Part shown: piece by piece, positions 1 through 9,565 of the stretch
Layout: each line of letters starts with the position of its first letter
How positions within the stretch are numbered: position 1 is the first letter of the stretch
Origin: Candidatus Gottesmanbacteria bacterium
Lineage (GTDB): Bacteria > Patescibacteriota > Microgenomatia > UBA10105 > UBA927
Direction of reading: 5' to 3'
Assembly (NCBI GenBank): GCA_016218215.1
Contig: JACREM010000069.1
Coordinates: forward strand, 1-58,866
Length of the DNA: 58,866 bases
Translations under genes and position numbers: made by a program
Notes under the pieces: generated by a model
Seen by the model: the letters and a program-made list of their open reading frames with translations, nothing else
What the model was told of the DNA's origin: nothing
The model's database searches: none

Positions 1-594
1 ATGAAAAAACTTGCCCGTGCACTTTTTGACCGAGACATCGGGAAGACTCTAGCGATTTCACTATTTTATGCTCTTTGTTGGTCTATGTTTATCTATGCAT
101 ATCAGCCGTTTGCGGCAAAAGCTTTACTGCTGACACCTCAAGAAATCGCGATAAATTTTACCGTTTTTGGCATAGCGGGCCTTTTGAGTCAGGCGTTTGC
201 TGTTTCAAGACTGGTAAAAATGTTTGGTGAGAAAAAAGTACTCTTTGGATCGCTTGTATTTATGACTGTTTCATTTATACTTTTTTCGAAAGTCACATCG
301 TTTTCTATGCTCATGGCTGTATCTTTATTTCATGCGTTTGGGAATTCATTGGTGTCTCCGCTTGTCCAGGCGCTTCTTTCTAAAGAAGCGGATGAATCGT
401 CTCAGGGATCAATTTTGGGTATAAATGCGTCATACATGAGTATCGGTATGATTTTCGGACCGATTATAGGGGGCATACTTGCAACAAATCAGATTCAGCT
501 TCCGTTTATCGGAGGCGCGGTGTTAGCATTTGTTTGTGCCGTTTTTGCGTACAAAATATTATCGACTCCACATCTCCATCAGGTAAAGATTTAG
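1..594 (+). CDS. MFS transporter, TetA/DHA1-like, C-terminal half (5' end probably outside the window)
   Basis: About six hydrophobic helices; 'RLVKMFGEKKV' loop and 'QGSILGINASYMSIGMIFGPIIGG' motif typical of the MFS C-domain. Confidence 0.8.
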   Translation: MKKLARALFDRDIGKTLAISLFYALCWSMFIYAYQPFAAKALLLTPQEIAINFTVFGIAGLLSQAFAVSRLVKMFGEKKVLFGSLVFMTVSFILFSKVTSFSMLMAVSLFHAFGNSLVSPLVQALLSKEADESSQGSILGINASYMSIGMIFGPIIGGILATNQIQLPFIGGAVLAFVCAVFAYKILSTPHLHQVKI

Positions 595-617
595 AATCAT
601 ATTACTGATGCAATATT

Positions 618-3332
618 TTATCTAGTATCAAGAATTCCACCCCATTCGACTGCAGCAAAACCATGTCTCAGTGGTACTTGTTCGAATATCGGCGGTTCAA
701 TATGTGAATATTGAGCGAGAGGTTTAATATAAATTTCTACTCGAATAAGCGTGTCTGGTTCGGGACTCATAGAAAGCGGATAGAGTGAATTAATTTCTTT
801 TCGGGATAAATGAGAGAGTTGGTAGAAAGGCGCGGATGGAATTTTTGGCTTCCAAAACGCAAGAAATGCTTGATTTTCATTTTGTGAAAGTCCAAGCCTA
901 AGGGAGTAATCAGATAGTGACTTCATGAGATGTGATTGCGAAACGATATATCCACGATCGGGAATTTTTGGTTTTATCATCGCTTCGTAATAGAGTGAGT
1001 CGCGTGTTTCATTTTCCTGCGTGATCGTGCCGTTTGGCTTTGCTATTATTTTCCATCCGAATATGTCCGGATTGTAGAGTTCGTCTGTATTAAATACTAT
1101 TCCTTGCGGGTGTATAGTAACGTTTACTGGCATTGTGTATTTCGGATACAGATATATTGCGGGCTTACCTCCATACATAGCCTGTTCGGTGACAGCGTAT
1201 TCTACAGCTTTGTATTTTTGCCATACTTTAGATCGTCTGACATATACTACATCGCGTGTATTTTTTAATAGATCGACCGTCCATTTTTCTTTGCTCCAGA
1301 GTTTTGTACCATTGTCACCCTTTCCATATAGGTCTACCGCGAATGGATTCGCGTTGTCATGATTTATGACAAAAGCCTGTTCATTGCCAGGACCGTCATC
1401 CTGGGTATCTATACAATTTACGTGCCAGAGTTCTGTGTTTGCTTCATCAGTTGTAGTGATTGGAGAGAGCGTTGAATCAAATTCGTTTGATGACGCGAAA
1501 GAATTTCCGTCACGGATGTACGAAATTATATACTGTCTGTTTGAATTTTGAGGTTGATACGATATTTCTCCAGTATTTTTTTTCGTAAAAGGGTAGTATG
1601 ACACAACAGGCTCGTTTGTTTCAGATTGCCGTAAATTTGCAAGTGAAAATGATTGAGGAAAATCCGCGAGTGGGATAAGAGAGGGATTTTTACACGTTGA
1701 AACAGTATCGACGAGATGAATACTTTCTGCTATGTGCTGTAGTACATCAGTTGCTGATTCTATGTGGACGCCTTGTGATGCCGCATTTTTATTATTGTAC
1801 ATAAGTTCCATCATGACGCTTCGTACCCGAAAAGGAAGCGTCAGAGTTTCTTCTTTTGGATTATCGTTAATAATTCCTATATCGACAGAAGGACGAAGAA
1901 TTCGAAATGATGATGCATCATATGAAACCGGAGACCGGTCGATTGTAATTATTTCATAAGAATTATCCGGAGAAGTTTGTGAACAAAAAGATACCCCCAT
2001 GCCGGGACATTCAGAGAGAGCCCAGGGGGTATCGAGGGTTATGCCGCCTCTCGAATAGAGTGATTGCGTATACGTATCAATGGTGAAATTTTTTATGGGA
2101 ACTGGTGTTTCAGTTGGAGAAATGTTGGGTATTTGCGTTTTTTCCTGATTTTTTTCTGAGAGGAAGTGAAAAGAGAGTGCGATCTGGCGAAGAATGTTTT
2201 CATTGTCATTTTCATCATTTTTAGAATCCGAGAGGATATCGAATGTGTAATTTTGTCCGTTTTTATGAAGGCACACAGAGGAAACATATCTGGTATCAGT
2301 GCCTGTATAGCGCGTGGTAAGAGTGACAGGACTTCCAGCCATAAGTACTTTTGATGTTAGCGGCGATTGGCAGGGATTGTCGGATTTTACTATATCAAAA
2401 CCTATCTCTTTTGTTCCTTTAAATTTGATAGAGAACTCCGTATCTACTCCTTTGCCCTGAAATGAAATTGAGGATTCTTTCGGGTAAGAAAATGCAATAT
2501 TTTGGTCATTATTTGTATACTCAGAAAGTTTTTCCCGTGGCAGAAAACCTTCTCGCCATATGAGGGTATCGTAGGCCATGCATTCATTTGCAATAGATCC
2601 ACTTGCATCAAATGTGAATGGCTCTATATCATGACAATCCGGGTACGCTGTTTTCCAAAGAGCAAGATCAAGTGCACTGTCATTAACTATTCGAGACAAA
2701 AAAGTAAATTGCGTTCCATCGGTTATTGTTCCCTTCCCGCTTAAATATTGATCATTTGCGTTCGTTACTGCTAATGTGTTGATACCTGTGCAGTACCAGG
2801 GTTTAGGTTTTAATGCTTCATTACAATCTGCTTCAAGAGAATTTTTGACAATTTTTGTTGCATTATTGAGTAATACTCCGTCTGGTAATTTTGGTGTAAT
2901 CGCTATGGCAAAAGAGAACATTATTCCTGTTAATACTATTCCAACAAGCGACCAAAGGATAATCATCGGATCAAATTTTTTTGGAATTTCTTTCAATGAT
3001 TTGGAAATTAAGAGAGAACAAAATAAGGTGAAAAGAGCAGAGGCGAAGGATGTAATAAAGTAAAAAGAGAAAGGTTCCTGGGAATGTGAGACTGTCACGA
3101 GAAAGAGAGATCCAATTATGGATTCTGCAAAGAATAAAAATAGACCTACTTTTGTTCGTTTTAGTTTTAAACATGTGATAAACAAAAGTAGTGCTCCAGT
3201 AAGAGGGCCGGTCAGAAATGATGCAATAAGAATATGGGATAGAGGCCAGACAGTAGGGGCATTGTTTACACTTGAAGCAGTATTAAGGGGCGGTGCAGCA
3301 ATAGGTTGTGGATTTAGCGCAGATTCGTTCAT
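618..3332 (-). CDS. Large membrane-anchored protein of unknown function (about 4 N-terminal TMs, extracellular region, C-terminal 'KPAIYLYP...VEWGG' domain)
   Basis: 904-aa ORF; AAGGA SD-like sequence and TATACT upstream; C-terminal motif set KPxIYLYP / LYYEA / P.PDTLIRV / R.GF..VEWGG. Confidence 0.75.
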   Translation of the reverse strand: MNESALNPQPIAAPPLNTASSVNNAPTVWPLSHILIASFLTGPLTGALLLFITCLKLKRTKVGLFLFFAESIIGSLFLVTVSHSQEPFSFYFITSFASALFTLFCSLLISKSLKEIPKKFDPMIILWSLVGIVLTGIMFSFAIAITPKLPDGVLLNNATKIVKNSLEADCNEALKPKPWYCTGINTLAVTNANDQYLSGKGTITDGTQFTFLSRIVNDSALDLALWKTAYPDCHDIEPFTFDASGSIANECMAYDTLIWREGFLPREKLSEYTNNDQNIAFSYPKESSISFQGKGVDTEFSIKFKGTKEIGFDIVKSDNPCQSPLTSKVLMAGSPVTLTTRYTGTDTRYVSSVCLHKNGQNYTFDILSDSKNDENDNENILRQIALSFHFLSEKNQEKTQIPNISPTETPVPIKNFTIDTYTQSLYSRGGITLDTPWALSECPGMGVSFCSQTSPDNSYEIITIDRSPVSYDASSFRILRPSVDIGIINDNPKEETLTLPFRVRSVMMELMYNNKNAASQGVHIESATDVLQHIAESIHLVDTVSTCKNPSLIPLADFPQSFSLANLRQSETNEPVVSYYPFTKKNTGEISYQPQNSNRQYIISYIRDGNSFASSNEFDSTLSPITTTDEANTELWHVNCIDTQDDGPGNEQAFVINHDNANPFAVDLYGKGDNGTKLWSKEKWTVDLLKNTRDVVYVRRSKVWQKYKAVEYAVTEQAMYGGKPAIYLYPKYTMPVNVTIHPQGIVFNTDELYNPDIFGWKIIAKPNGTITQENETRDSLYYEAMIKPKIPDRGYIVSQSHLMKSLSDYSLRLGLSQNENQAFLAFWKPKIPSAPFYQLSHLSRKEINSLYPLSMSPEPDTLIRVEIYIKPLAQYSHIEPPIFEQVPLRHGFAAVEWGGILDTR

Positions 3333-3473
3333 GAAATTCCTTTGATATACACAGTATAGAGATTATTTGTGACGTGTGACAACAAGCGAATTTTTTAGGC
3401 AACAAGAAAGATTTAATTACGGGCTCAGAACTGAAAATATGAAGTATTTTGTGATATACTTCAATTGATTTTT

Positions 3474-3641
3474 ATGAGCGGACACGGCGGGGGAGGACAT
3501 GGAAAAGAGACAGGGATACTCCCTGTCGAAGAGATGATGGAAGCATCCTCCGGGGTGTGGATTTTTTTAGGTTTTTTGTTTGGCGCATGGGTGTATAGCG
3601 TGACAAAAACAGATCAACCGTCGAGTGGTGGTCATCATTAA
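3474..3641 (+). CDS. Unannotated 55-aa Gly/His-tipped single-TM microprotein
   Basis: Hand translation MSGHGGGGHGKETGILPVEEMMEASSGVWIFLGFLFGAWVYSVTKTDQPSSGGHH*; TG-A-TATACT extended -10 at 3452-3460; stop lies 8 nt before the next ATG. Confidence 0.7.
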   Translation: MSGHGGGGHGKETGILPVEEMMEASSGVWIFLGFLFGAWVYSVTKTDQPSSGGHH

Positions 3642-3649
3642 ATATATTT

Positions 3650-4555
3650 ATGAATAAAGTGCAAACATTTTTTCGGACACTGTATCGTTCATTAATAGAT
3701 CCTATATATTACAAAGATGTTATTTCAGCAAAAATATCGTTTTCCCTAAAATATTTTTTTGTTCTTCATGTCCTCATTGTTTTTATATCTTCATCGGCAT
3801 TTGCGTTTACCCTCGGACGATACGATGTGTCCAAAATCGGGAAATTTTTACAATCAGTCTATCCTCGAAATTTTTCGCTTCATGTGCAAAACGGAGAGAT
3901 AGAGCTGAATCAGAATTTGCCCTTTGTTGTCCCGATTCCCAAAGAGCTTGAAGATGAAAAAGACCAAAAAGTAGCATCGCCTGCAGCGCTTGTCGTTTTT
4001 GACACGAACGACCATATGAGCTCTATTTCAAGCTTCTGGTCGTATAATGCTCTGGCAGTCGTGACAAAAAATGAGGTGTATTACCGAAAAGATGCGGATT
4101 CACGGGAAATTCGTGTGACGGAAATTCCAAAAGATGTTTCGTTTGAATTTTCCAGTACCATGCTTGATGAGAAGATTTCTTCAATCGTTCATCACCCATT
4201 TTTTTCACAGAAGTGGTACGTTCCTATTCTTTCTTTTTTCTATTTTTTGGTTTCATTTCCGTTTGTTTTGGCCTGGTCCTTTGTCGTTTCGTTTTTGTAC
4301 GCACTTTTTTCCTATATTGTTATTCGAGCGATATATAGTTCTCAATTTTCGTATAGTGCCTTGTGGCAGATGACGATTCATGCGCTGACCGGCGGAATAA
4401 TTTTAAGTACTGTAACGGATATATTTGGATTTCATGTTGTACATGGCGTCATCTTTTTCCTTCTGTACGGAGTCTGGATGTACGTCGTTATAAAAAACTT
4501 GCATGGTTTCAAGATGAATTCCCGCACGCCTCCTAGAAAGAAACGCTCAGTCTAG
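3650..4555 (+). CDS. DUF1189-like membrane protein
   Basis: 'RSLIDPIYY...SLKYF' N-terminus, TM, soluble loop with 'I.NGE', then three C-terminal TMs. Confidence 0.6.
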   Translation: MNKVQTFFRTLYRSLIDPIYYKDVISAKISFSLKYFFVLHVLIVFISSSAFAFTLGRYDVSKIGKFLQSVYPRNFSLHVQNGEIELNQNLPFVVPIPKELEDEKDQKVASPAALVVFDTNDHMSSISSFWSYNALAVVTKNEVYYRKDADSREIRVTEIPKDVSFEFSSTMLDEKISSIVHHPFFSQKWYVPILSFFYFLVSFPFVLAWSFVVSFLYALFSYIVIRAIYSSQFSYSALWQMTIHALTGGIILSTVTDIFGFHVVHGVIFFLLYGVWMYVVIKNLHGFKMNSRTPPRKKRSV

Positions 4556-4558
4556 TCT

Positions 4559-6133
4559 ATGAAACTTCTCTTCGGAAGTCTTTTCACTATTGTTCTGGTG
4601 TTTTTTCTTGTATTTATATTCATGAGGACTATACCGAGGACAAATTCCACTCCGGTCAATAGTTCAATGATAGTAAAAAAAGTTTTGAAACTTGCCGAAG
4701 AGATGCGCGTAGCTCATGGCAATGTGGAAATGGAGAGAGGTAAAGAGAGATCATTAGTATACGCTACTTCTTCTGCTGTTCTTCTTTCTGAAGGAGATGT
4801 CATACATACGGGGGCAGATGCGCTCGCAACACTTTTTTATAGCCGCGATACACGCGTGACCCTCGGACCTGATACGGATGTTATATTTCATCAAGCAAGT
4901 GTTTCTGCTTCACGGTTAGAAGAGATTGTTGGTTCTGTGTATGTGCGGTTTAAAAGAATTTTTGGGGTTTTGGAAGAGTTTTCTGTTGAAACGCCGACGA
5001 CGGTCGCTGTCGTCCGTGGAACGGCGTTTGGCTCGTTTGTGCGAAAAAATAAATCGGTTCGAACCGTAGTCACTCGAAACAACGTCTTCGTAACAAAAAA
5101 AACAGGAAAGAATGAATCTACGGCAAGCGCTGAAGTGTTGCCTGGACAACTTGTTGATGTATCCATTGAAGATAAACAGTTAAAAGTAGCCTCGGGGAGC
5201 GGAGAAGGTGAAGAGGGTGCGTTTGTGAAGATGAATGTTTCTATTGATACGCTTTTTGATACAAGCGATGATTATGATAATCCATTGTGTACGACCTGCA
5301 GTGCAAAAATACTTACGGAAAGTAGTGATTCTGCAAGCGTATCGGGTGAATATTTTCGATTTCGTGATACTCAAAAGAAAATCAGGGAAATCCCTTCGCT
5401 TCCACCGCTACCTATGCTGCAAACACTCTCCAGTGAGGGGCTGAATCGTGGATTGGTAAAGACAGATTCAGGAACATTTCCACTTACGTGCATCGGCGGG
5501 CGGATAGGAAGTTTTCGGGTTGTAACAGATGCGGCAAGTGAGAATGATTGTAAAAATGACTGTCCGGTATTGCCGCTTCATGAGTATGCAAAAAGAAATA
5601 ATGGATTTGCCGCGATGAACGGCATGTATTTTTGTCCGGCTGATTATCCATCATGCAGTGATAAAAAGAATTCTTTTGATACACTCTTTTTTCACTCGCG
5701 GGCAAAACGATATTTAAATTCTAGTAATAACGTGTATAGTGTTCTGCCATTTCTTGCGATAGATAGTTCCGGTCATCCGATCTTCAAGTTAAAGACTCTT
5801 GAATGGGGTCGGGATACGGGGATACAGGCAGGGATAGCGGGAAATCCTCTCCTTATTTCAGGAGGCAATCTCGTGTTTGATGAAAATTCTCTTGATGCAA
5901 AACAGCGGACAGTAAAATCCAATCGCGGTGCGGTGGTATCGGCCAATGGAATACTATCTTTATGTGTTGTGGGTTTAGCGACTGTCGGCGATAGTGCAAA
6001 AGTTTATAAATCGATAATGGTGGAAAATGCCATGAATATCGATGGCGGCGGGTCTACTGCTCTTTGGGTGAACGGGTCGTATATCTTTGGACCAGGACGG
6101 GCGCTTCCGAACGCGATAGTATTTACGCACTAG
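4559..6133 (+). CDS. Secreted or anchored FecR-like domain + phosphodiester glycosidase (NAGPA-family) protein
   Basis: FecR-like 'LSEGDVIHTG...VETPTTVAVVRGTAF'; C-terminal 'AMNGMYF', 'NAMNIDGGGSTAL', 'GRALPNAI'. Confidence 0.75.
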   Translation: MKLLFGSLFTIVLVFFLVFIFMRTIPRTNSTPVNSSMIVKKVLKLAEEMRVAHGNVEMERGKERSLVYATSSAVLLSEGDVIHTGADALATLFYSRDTRVTLGPDTDVIFHQASVSASRLEEIVGSVYVRFKRIFGVLEEFSVETPTTVAVVRGTAFGSFVRKNKSVRTVVTRNNVFVTKKTGKNESTASAEVLPGQLVDVSIEDKQLKVASGSGEGEEGAFVKMNVSIDTLFDTSDDYDNPLCTTCSAKILTESSDSASVSGEYFRFRDTQKKIREIPSLPPLPMLQTLSSEGLNRGLVKTDSGTFPLTCIGGRIGSFRVVTDAASENDCKNDCPVLPLHEYAKRNNGFAAMNGMYFCPADYPSCSDKKNSFDTLFFHSRAKRYLNSSNNVYSVLPFLAIDSSGHPIFKLKTLEWGRDTGIQAGIAGNPLLISGGNLVFDENSLDAKQRTVKSNRGAVVSANGILSLCVVGLATVGDSAKVYKSIMVENAMNIDGGGSTALWVNGSYIFGPGRALPNAIVFTH

Positions 6134-6552
6134 AATCTGATCGTGTATCTTTTTGACGTTGATCCGCCGGACTTAAGAGATGTGGTGATGACGAGCGCCG
6201 CCCGGCTTATGTTGGTATGAGGCGTACAGACTCCCTTGCTGCACGTGCCGAAGTAAAGATCGCGGCTCTCAGATGACCCGGAAGGTACGAGAGATCCGAC
6301 AACGCCCTGATCTATGCCGCTTGCGTTGTAGCTAAGCGTATACGACGCTTTTTTCACGTTAGAAAGATTTATAAATGATATGACGATACTGTGAGTCGGT
6401 CTGGATATTTTGACGCTTGAATATCCTACGGATTTTACAGCTGAGGCCGCCTGGCGAATTCGTTTTTTTGCGGCGAACACTCTATTTTTTTCCGAGAATA
6501 ATAGTGTAAAAAAGAATACGAAAAGCGCTGTAATACGAAGTACTTTGTTCAT
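6130..6552 (-). CDS. Hypothetical secreted protein
   Basis: Signal-peptide-like start; 'LYFGTCSKGVC' motif; start moved to 6552 because TGGTATAAT lies 7 nt upstream. Confidence 0.7.
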   Translation of the reverse strand: MNKVLRITALFVFFFTLLFSEKNRVFAAKKRIRQAASAVKSVGYSSVKISRPTHSIVISFINLSNVKKASYTLSYNASGIDQGVVGSLVPSGSSESRDLYFGTCSKGVCTPHTNISRAALVITTSLKSGGSTSKRYTIRF

Positions 6553-6599
6553 GAGACGCATTATACCAGAGCTTTGAATATTGTGGTATACTGGGCCGT

Positions 6600-7235
6600 A
6601 TGAACAGGAAAAAACTCATCGCAGTTGCCCTATCGGCGTGTGTATTGATTGCGAGTTTGTCGTCTGTTTTTGTTTTTACAAAAAATCGGGAAAATTCAAA
6701 ACGTCTGGCACAGGAAAAAATTGCAATCGTTCCCACACCTGTCGTGGAAAAGTTGGCTGAGTGGAAGGATCCCGCAGGATTTTCATTTTCATATCCCGAG
6801 GGATTAACGGTAGATAAACATGATGAAGATCAGGAGAATTATGCGCATGTTGAGATGACTTTAAAAGATAAACCAGGAAATGTCATTGTATGGGCCAAGG
6901 ATGCTCCGATTTCTGACCTTGCAACGTGGGTAAAAAAAGAAAAACGATTTACAAATGCACCGGTTCTTGATACGACTCTCGGAGGAGAGAACGCGAAGAA
7001 AATATTACTTAATTCCCCAAAGAAAATGGTTATTGTCGGTGCTTTATACGATGGTATGCTCGTGAGCGTAGAGTCGGAACTTGATGAAGCGGGAGAGTGG
7101 CAAAAACGACACGAAAGTGTTGTCTCGAGTTTAGTATTTGGTGAAAAAAAGACTACGGGTTCATCTGTGTCATCCTCAGATTCTTCCGATGAGGGAAGCG
7201 ATGTGTCTATCGATGAAGAAGAGGTTATTGAGTAA
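6600..7235 (+). CDS. Membrane-anchored PsbP-like hypothetical protein
   Basis: N-terminal TM, 'W.DPAGFSFSYP' motif, acidic tail. Confidence 0.65.
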   Translation: MNRKKLIAVALSACVLIASLSSVFVFTKNRENSKRLAQEKIAIVPTPVVEKLAEWKDPAGFSFSYPEGLTVDKHDEDQENYAHVEMTLKDKPGNVIVWAKDAPISDLATWVKKEKRFTNAPVLDTTLGGENAKKILLNSPKKMVIVGALYDGMLVSVESELDEAGEWQKRHESVVSSLVFGEKKTTGSSVSSSDSSDEGSDVSIDEEEVIE

Positions 7236-7243
7236 ATTTTGGC

Positions 7244-8293
7244 ATGAAAACGTGGGAAAAGATACGTCAAAATCCTTCATTACTTAAAAAATATTTTGTC
7301 CGCGAGACGGTGATAAAAAGTATCCGGTCTTTTTTTGACTCTCGAAAATTTCATGAAGTAGAAACACCACTCCTCGTCGCGCGTCCTCCTGCTGAATCGT
7401 ATGTAGAAGTATTTGAGACGACGCTTCTAGATCGGTATCGAAATAAAACTCGAGCATTTCTTTCTACATCTCCTGAAATTTTCTTAAAAAAATTACTCGT
7501 CGCAGGGATCGGAAATTGCTACAGTATTACAAAAAGTTTTCGAAATACCGAAACGCAAAGCACGCTTCATGTACCGGAATTTACTATCCTTGAGTGGTAT
7601 AGAGTGGGTGATCCGTACGAGAAAATCATGGATGAGTGTGAAAAACTTATTCGATATATCCATCATGATGTATTGGGGGATAGAACATTTATGTATCAAG
7701 GGAAACGAATAGATATACAAAGTTCATGGGAGCGTATGAGCGTAAGAGAAGCGTTTTCACTATTTGCAAAGGTGGACCTTGATGCTTTTTTTGATATGGG
7801 ATATGCCAGACGCATTATGAAAAAGAAAAAATATAAAGAAACAGATGATACGACGTGGGAAGAGATGTTTCATCAAATTTTTCTCAATGAAGTTGAGCCT
7901 CACATCGGTCGGGAAAAGCCCACAATTCTCTATGAATATCCATCTCTCATAGCTGCTCTTTCAAAGAAAAAAGCATCAGATCCGCGGTACGCAGAGCGGT
8001 TTGAGTTTTATATTGCAGGTTTGGAGCTCGGAGATTGCTACTCGGAACTTACTGATCCCGTAGAACAAAAAAAGAGATTTGACAGCGAAATTTTTGAAAT
8101 AAAAAGACTCGGAAAAACTCACTATGAGTATGACAGTGACTTTATCCATGCACTAGAAGTGGGACTTCCCTCGTGCAGCGGAATTGCAGTCGGGGTCGAT
8201 AGACTTGTCATGCTCTTTTCAGACGCAGCGGATATATCCGACACTCTCTTTTTCCCGGCAAAAGAAGAATTTGAACGTTTCCCTCATGATTGA
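7244..8293 (+). CDS. epmA: EF-P lysine aminoacylase EpmA (GenX/PoxA)
   Basis: LysRS-II catalytic core without anticodon domain (EVETP, LSTSPE..LKKLL, FRN.E, PEFT.LEWY, ERFE.Y..G.EL, G.A.GVDRL); directly upstream of efp. Confidence 0.9.
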   Translation: MKTWEKIRQNPSLLKKYFVRETVIKSIRSFFDSRKFHEVETPLLVARPPAESYVEVFETTLLDRYRNKTRAFLSTSPEIFLKKLLVAGIGNCYSITKSFRNTETQSTLHVPEFTILEWYRVGDPYEKIMDECEKLIRYIHHDVLGDRTFMYQGKRIDIQSSWERMSVREAFSLFAKVDLDAFFDMGYARRIMKKKKYKETDDTTWEEMFHQIFLNEVEPHIGREKPTILYEYPSLIAALSKKKASDPRYAERFEFYIAGLELGDCYSELTDPVEQKKRFDSEIFEIKRLGKTHYEYDSDFIHALEVGLPSCSGIAVGVDRLVMLFSDAADISDTLFFPAKEEFERFPHD

Positions 8294-8328
8294 ACATAGA
8301 GCTTATTTTTCGTATAATAACCTTCTCT

Positions 8329-8892
8329 ATGAGCGCAATAACTACCGCGGATTTTAAAAAAGGAATGTTCGTTGAATTCAAAAACGAGACGCATCAGATA
8401 GTGGATTTTCAGCACGTAAACCCAGGGAAAGGCTCAGCGTTTGTGAGGACAAAATTAAAGTCTCTTAAGTCAGGGCGGGTACAGGAGTTTACCTATAAAG
8501 CAGGCGACGCGGTGATAGAGATACCGGTCGAAACACACGAGATGCAGTATCTGTATAAAGAAGGCGACGGGTTTGTGTTTATGGATAATCAGTCGTACGA
8601 ACAATATACTCTCGCGGCTGCCATGATTGGTGATTTTGCCTCTTATATGAAGCCAAATGATACCTATCAGGTTCTCGTTCATAACGAAGATGCGGTGGGC
8701 ATACGATTTCCCAAAAAGGTCCGTTTACTCGTGAGTGAAGCTGATGACGGCGCACGTGGAAATACTGCGACTTCTGCCACTAAAACCGTGAAACTTGAGA
8801 CCGGACTTGTCGTTTCTGTTCCTCTTTTTATCCGCCAGGGAGACCTCATTGCGGTAGATCCCCAAACCGGTTCATATCTTGAGAGATCGTAG
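8329..8892 (+). CDS. efp: Elongation factor P
   Basis: 'HVNPGKGSAFVRTKLK', 'RGNTA', 'LETG..V.VPLFI'; ATG 8329 follows TTGAAC-17-TATAAT. Confidence 0.95.
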   Translation: MSAITTADFKKGMFVEFKNETHQIVDFQHVNPGKGSAFVRTKLKSLKSGRVQEFTYKAGDAVIEIPVETHEMQYLYKEGDGFVFMDNQSYEQYTLAAAMIGDFASYMKPNDTYQVLVHNEDAVGIRFPKKVRLLVSEADDGARGNTATSATKTVKLETGLVVSVPLFIRQGDLIAVDPQTGSYLERS

Positions 8893-8922
8893 TTTCGTTT
8901 TTCTTCGTGATATGATAGTTTC

Positions 8923-9492
8923 ATGAATTCTTCGCATCTTCGATTTTGGTTTTTGTGCTTTGTCTTTCTCGTTGTTGCGACAGTAGCAATAGGCGTATCA
9001 ATTCGAACGGTGCCGTACGGTTTTTCGTCGTATTCAAAAGAAAAGAAGAGCGCACCGGCTCTCAATTCAACTGAGTCTGTGCCAGCCACAGACAGTGCAC
9101 AAATATTTCGCGTAAAAAGGGTTGTTGATGGCGATACGATTCAGCTTGAAAACGGAGACAAAATACGATACATCGGAGTAAACACACCTGAGACGGTTGA
9201 TCCACGCCGTCCGGTTCAGTGTTTTGGAAAAGAGGCAAAAGAGAAAAATCGAGAGTTGGTTGAAGGAAAATTGGTACGTCTTGAAAAAGATATCTCAGAG
9301 ATAGACAAGTATGGAAGAAAATTGAGGTACGTGTATATCGGTGAAACGTTTATAAACAGTGAGTTAGTCAGACTCGGATATGCAACGGTTGACACGGTTC
9401 CTCCGGATATACATTTTTCAAAATTATTTCGAAGCCTTGAAGGTGTAGCTCGAGCGGAAAAAATAGGACTTTGGAAGTCATGTAGAGGATAG
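8923..9492 (+). CDS. Thermonuclease (SNase-like), membrane-anchored
   Basis: 'RVVDGDTI', 'IRYIGVNTPE', 'DKYGRKLRYVY', 'LVRLGYA'. Confidence 0.9.
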   Translation: MNSSHLRFWFLCFVFLVVATVAIGVSIRTVPYGFSSYSKEKKSAPALNSTESVPATDSAQIFRVKRVVDGDTIQLENGDKIRYIGVNTPETVDPRRPVQCFGKEAKEKNRELVEGKLVRLEKDISEIDKYGRKLRYVYIGETFINSELVRLGYATVDTVPPDIHFSKLFRSLEGVARAEKIGLWKSCRG

Positions 9493-9565
9493 TATTGGTA
9501 ATTTTTTCCTGGTAATTTTTTCCGGATTTATTGACAGGTAGTCTCTAACCTGAAAGAATAAATCT

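Noticed and set aside
7244..8293. Lysyl-tRNA synthetase
   Set aside because: It lacks the anticodon OB domain and abuts efp, which fits EpmA.
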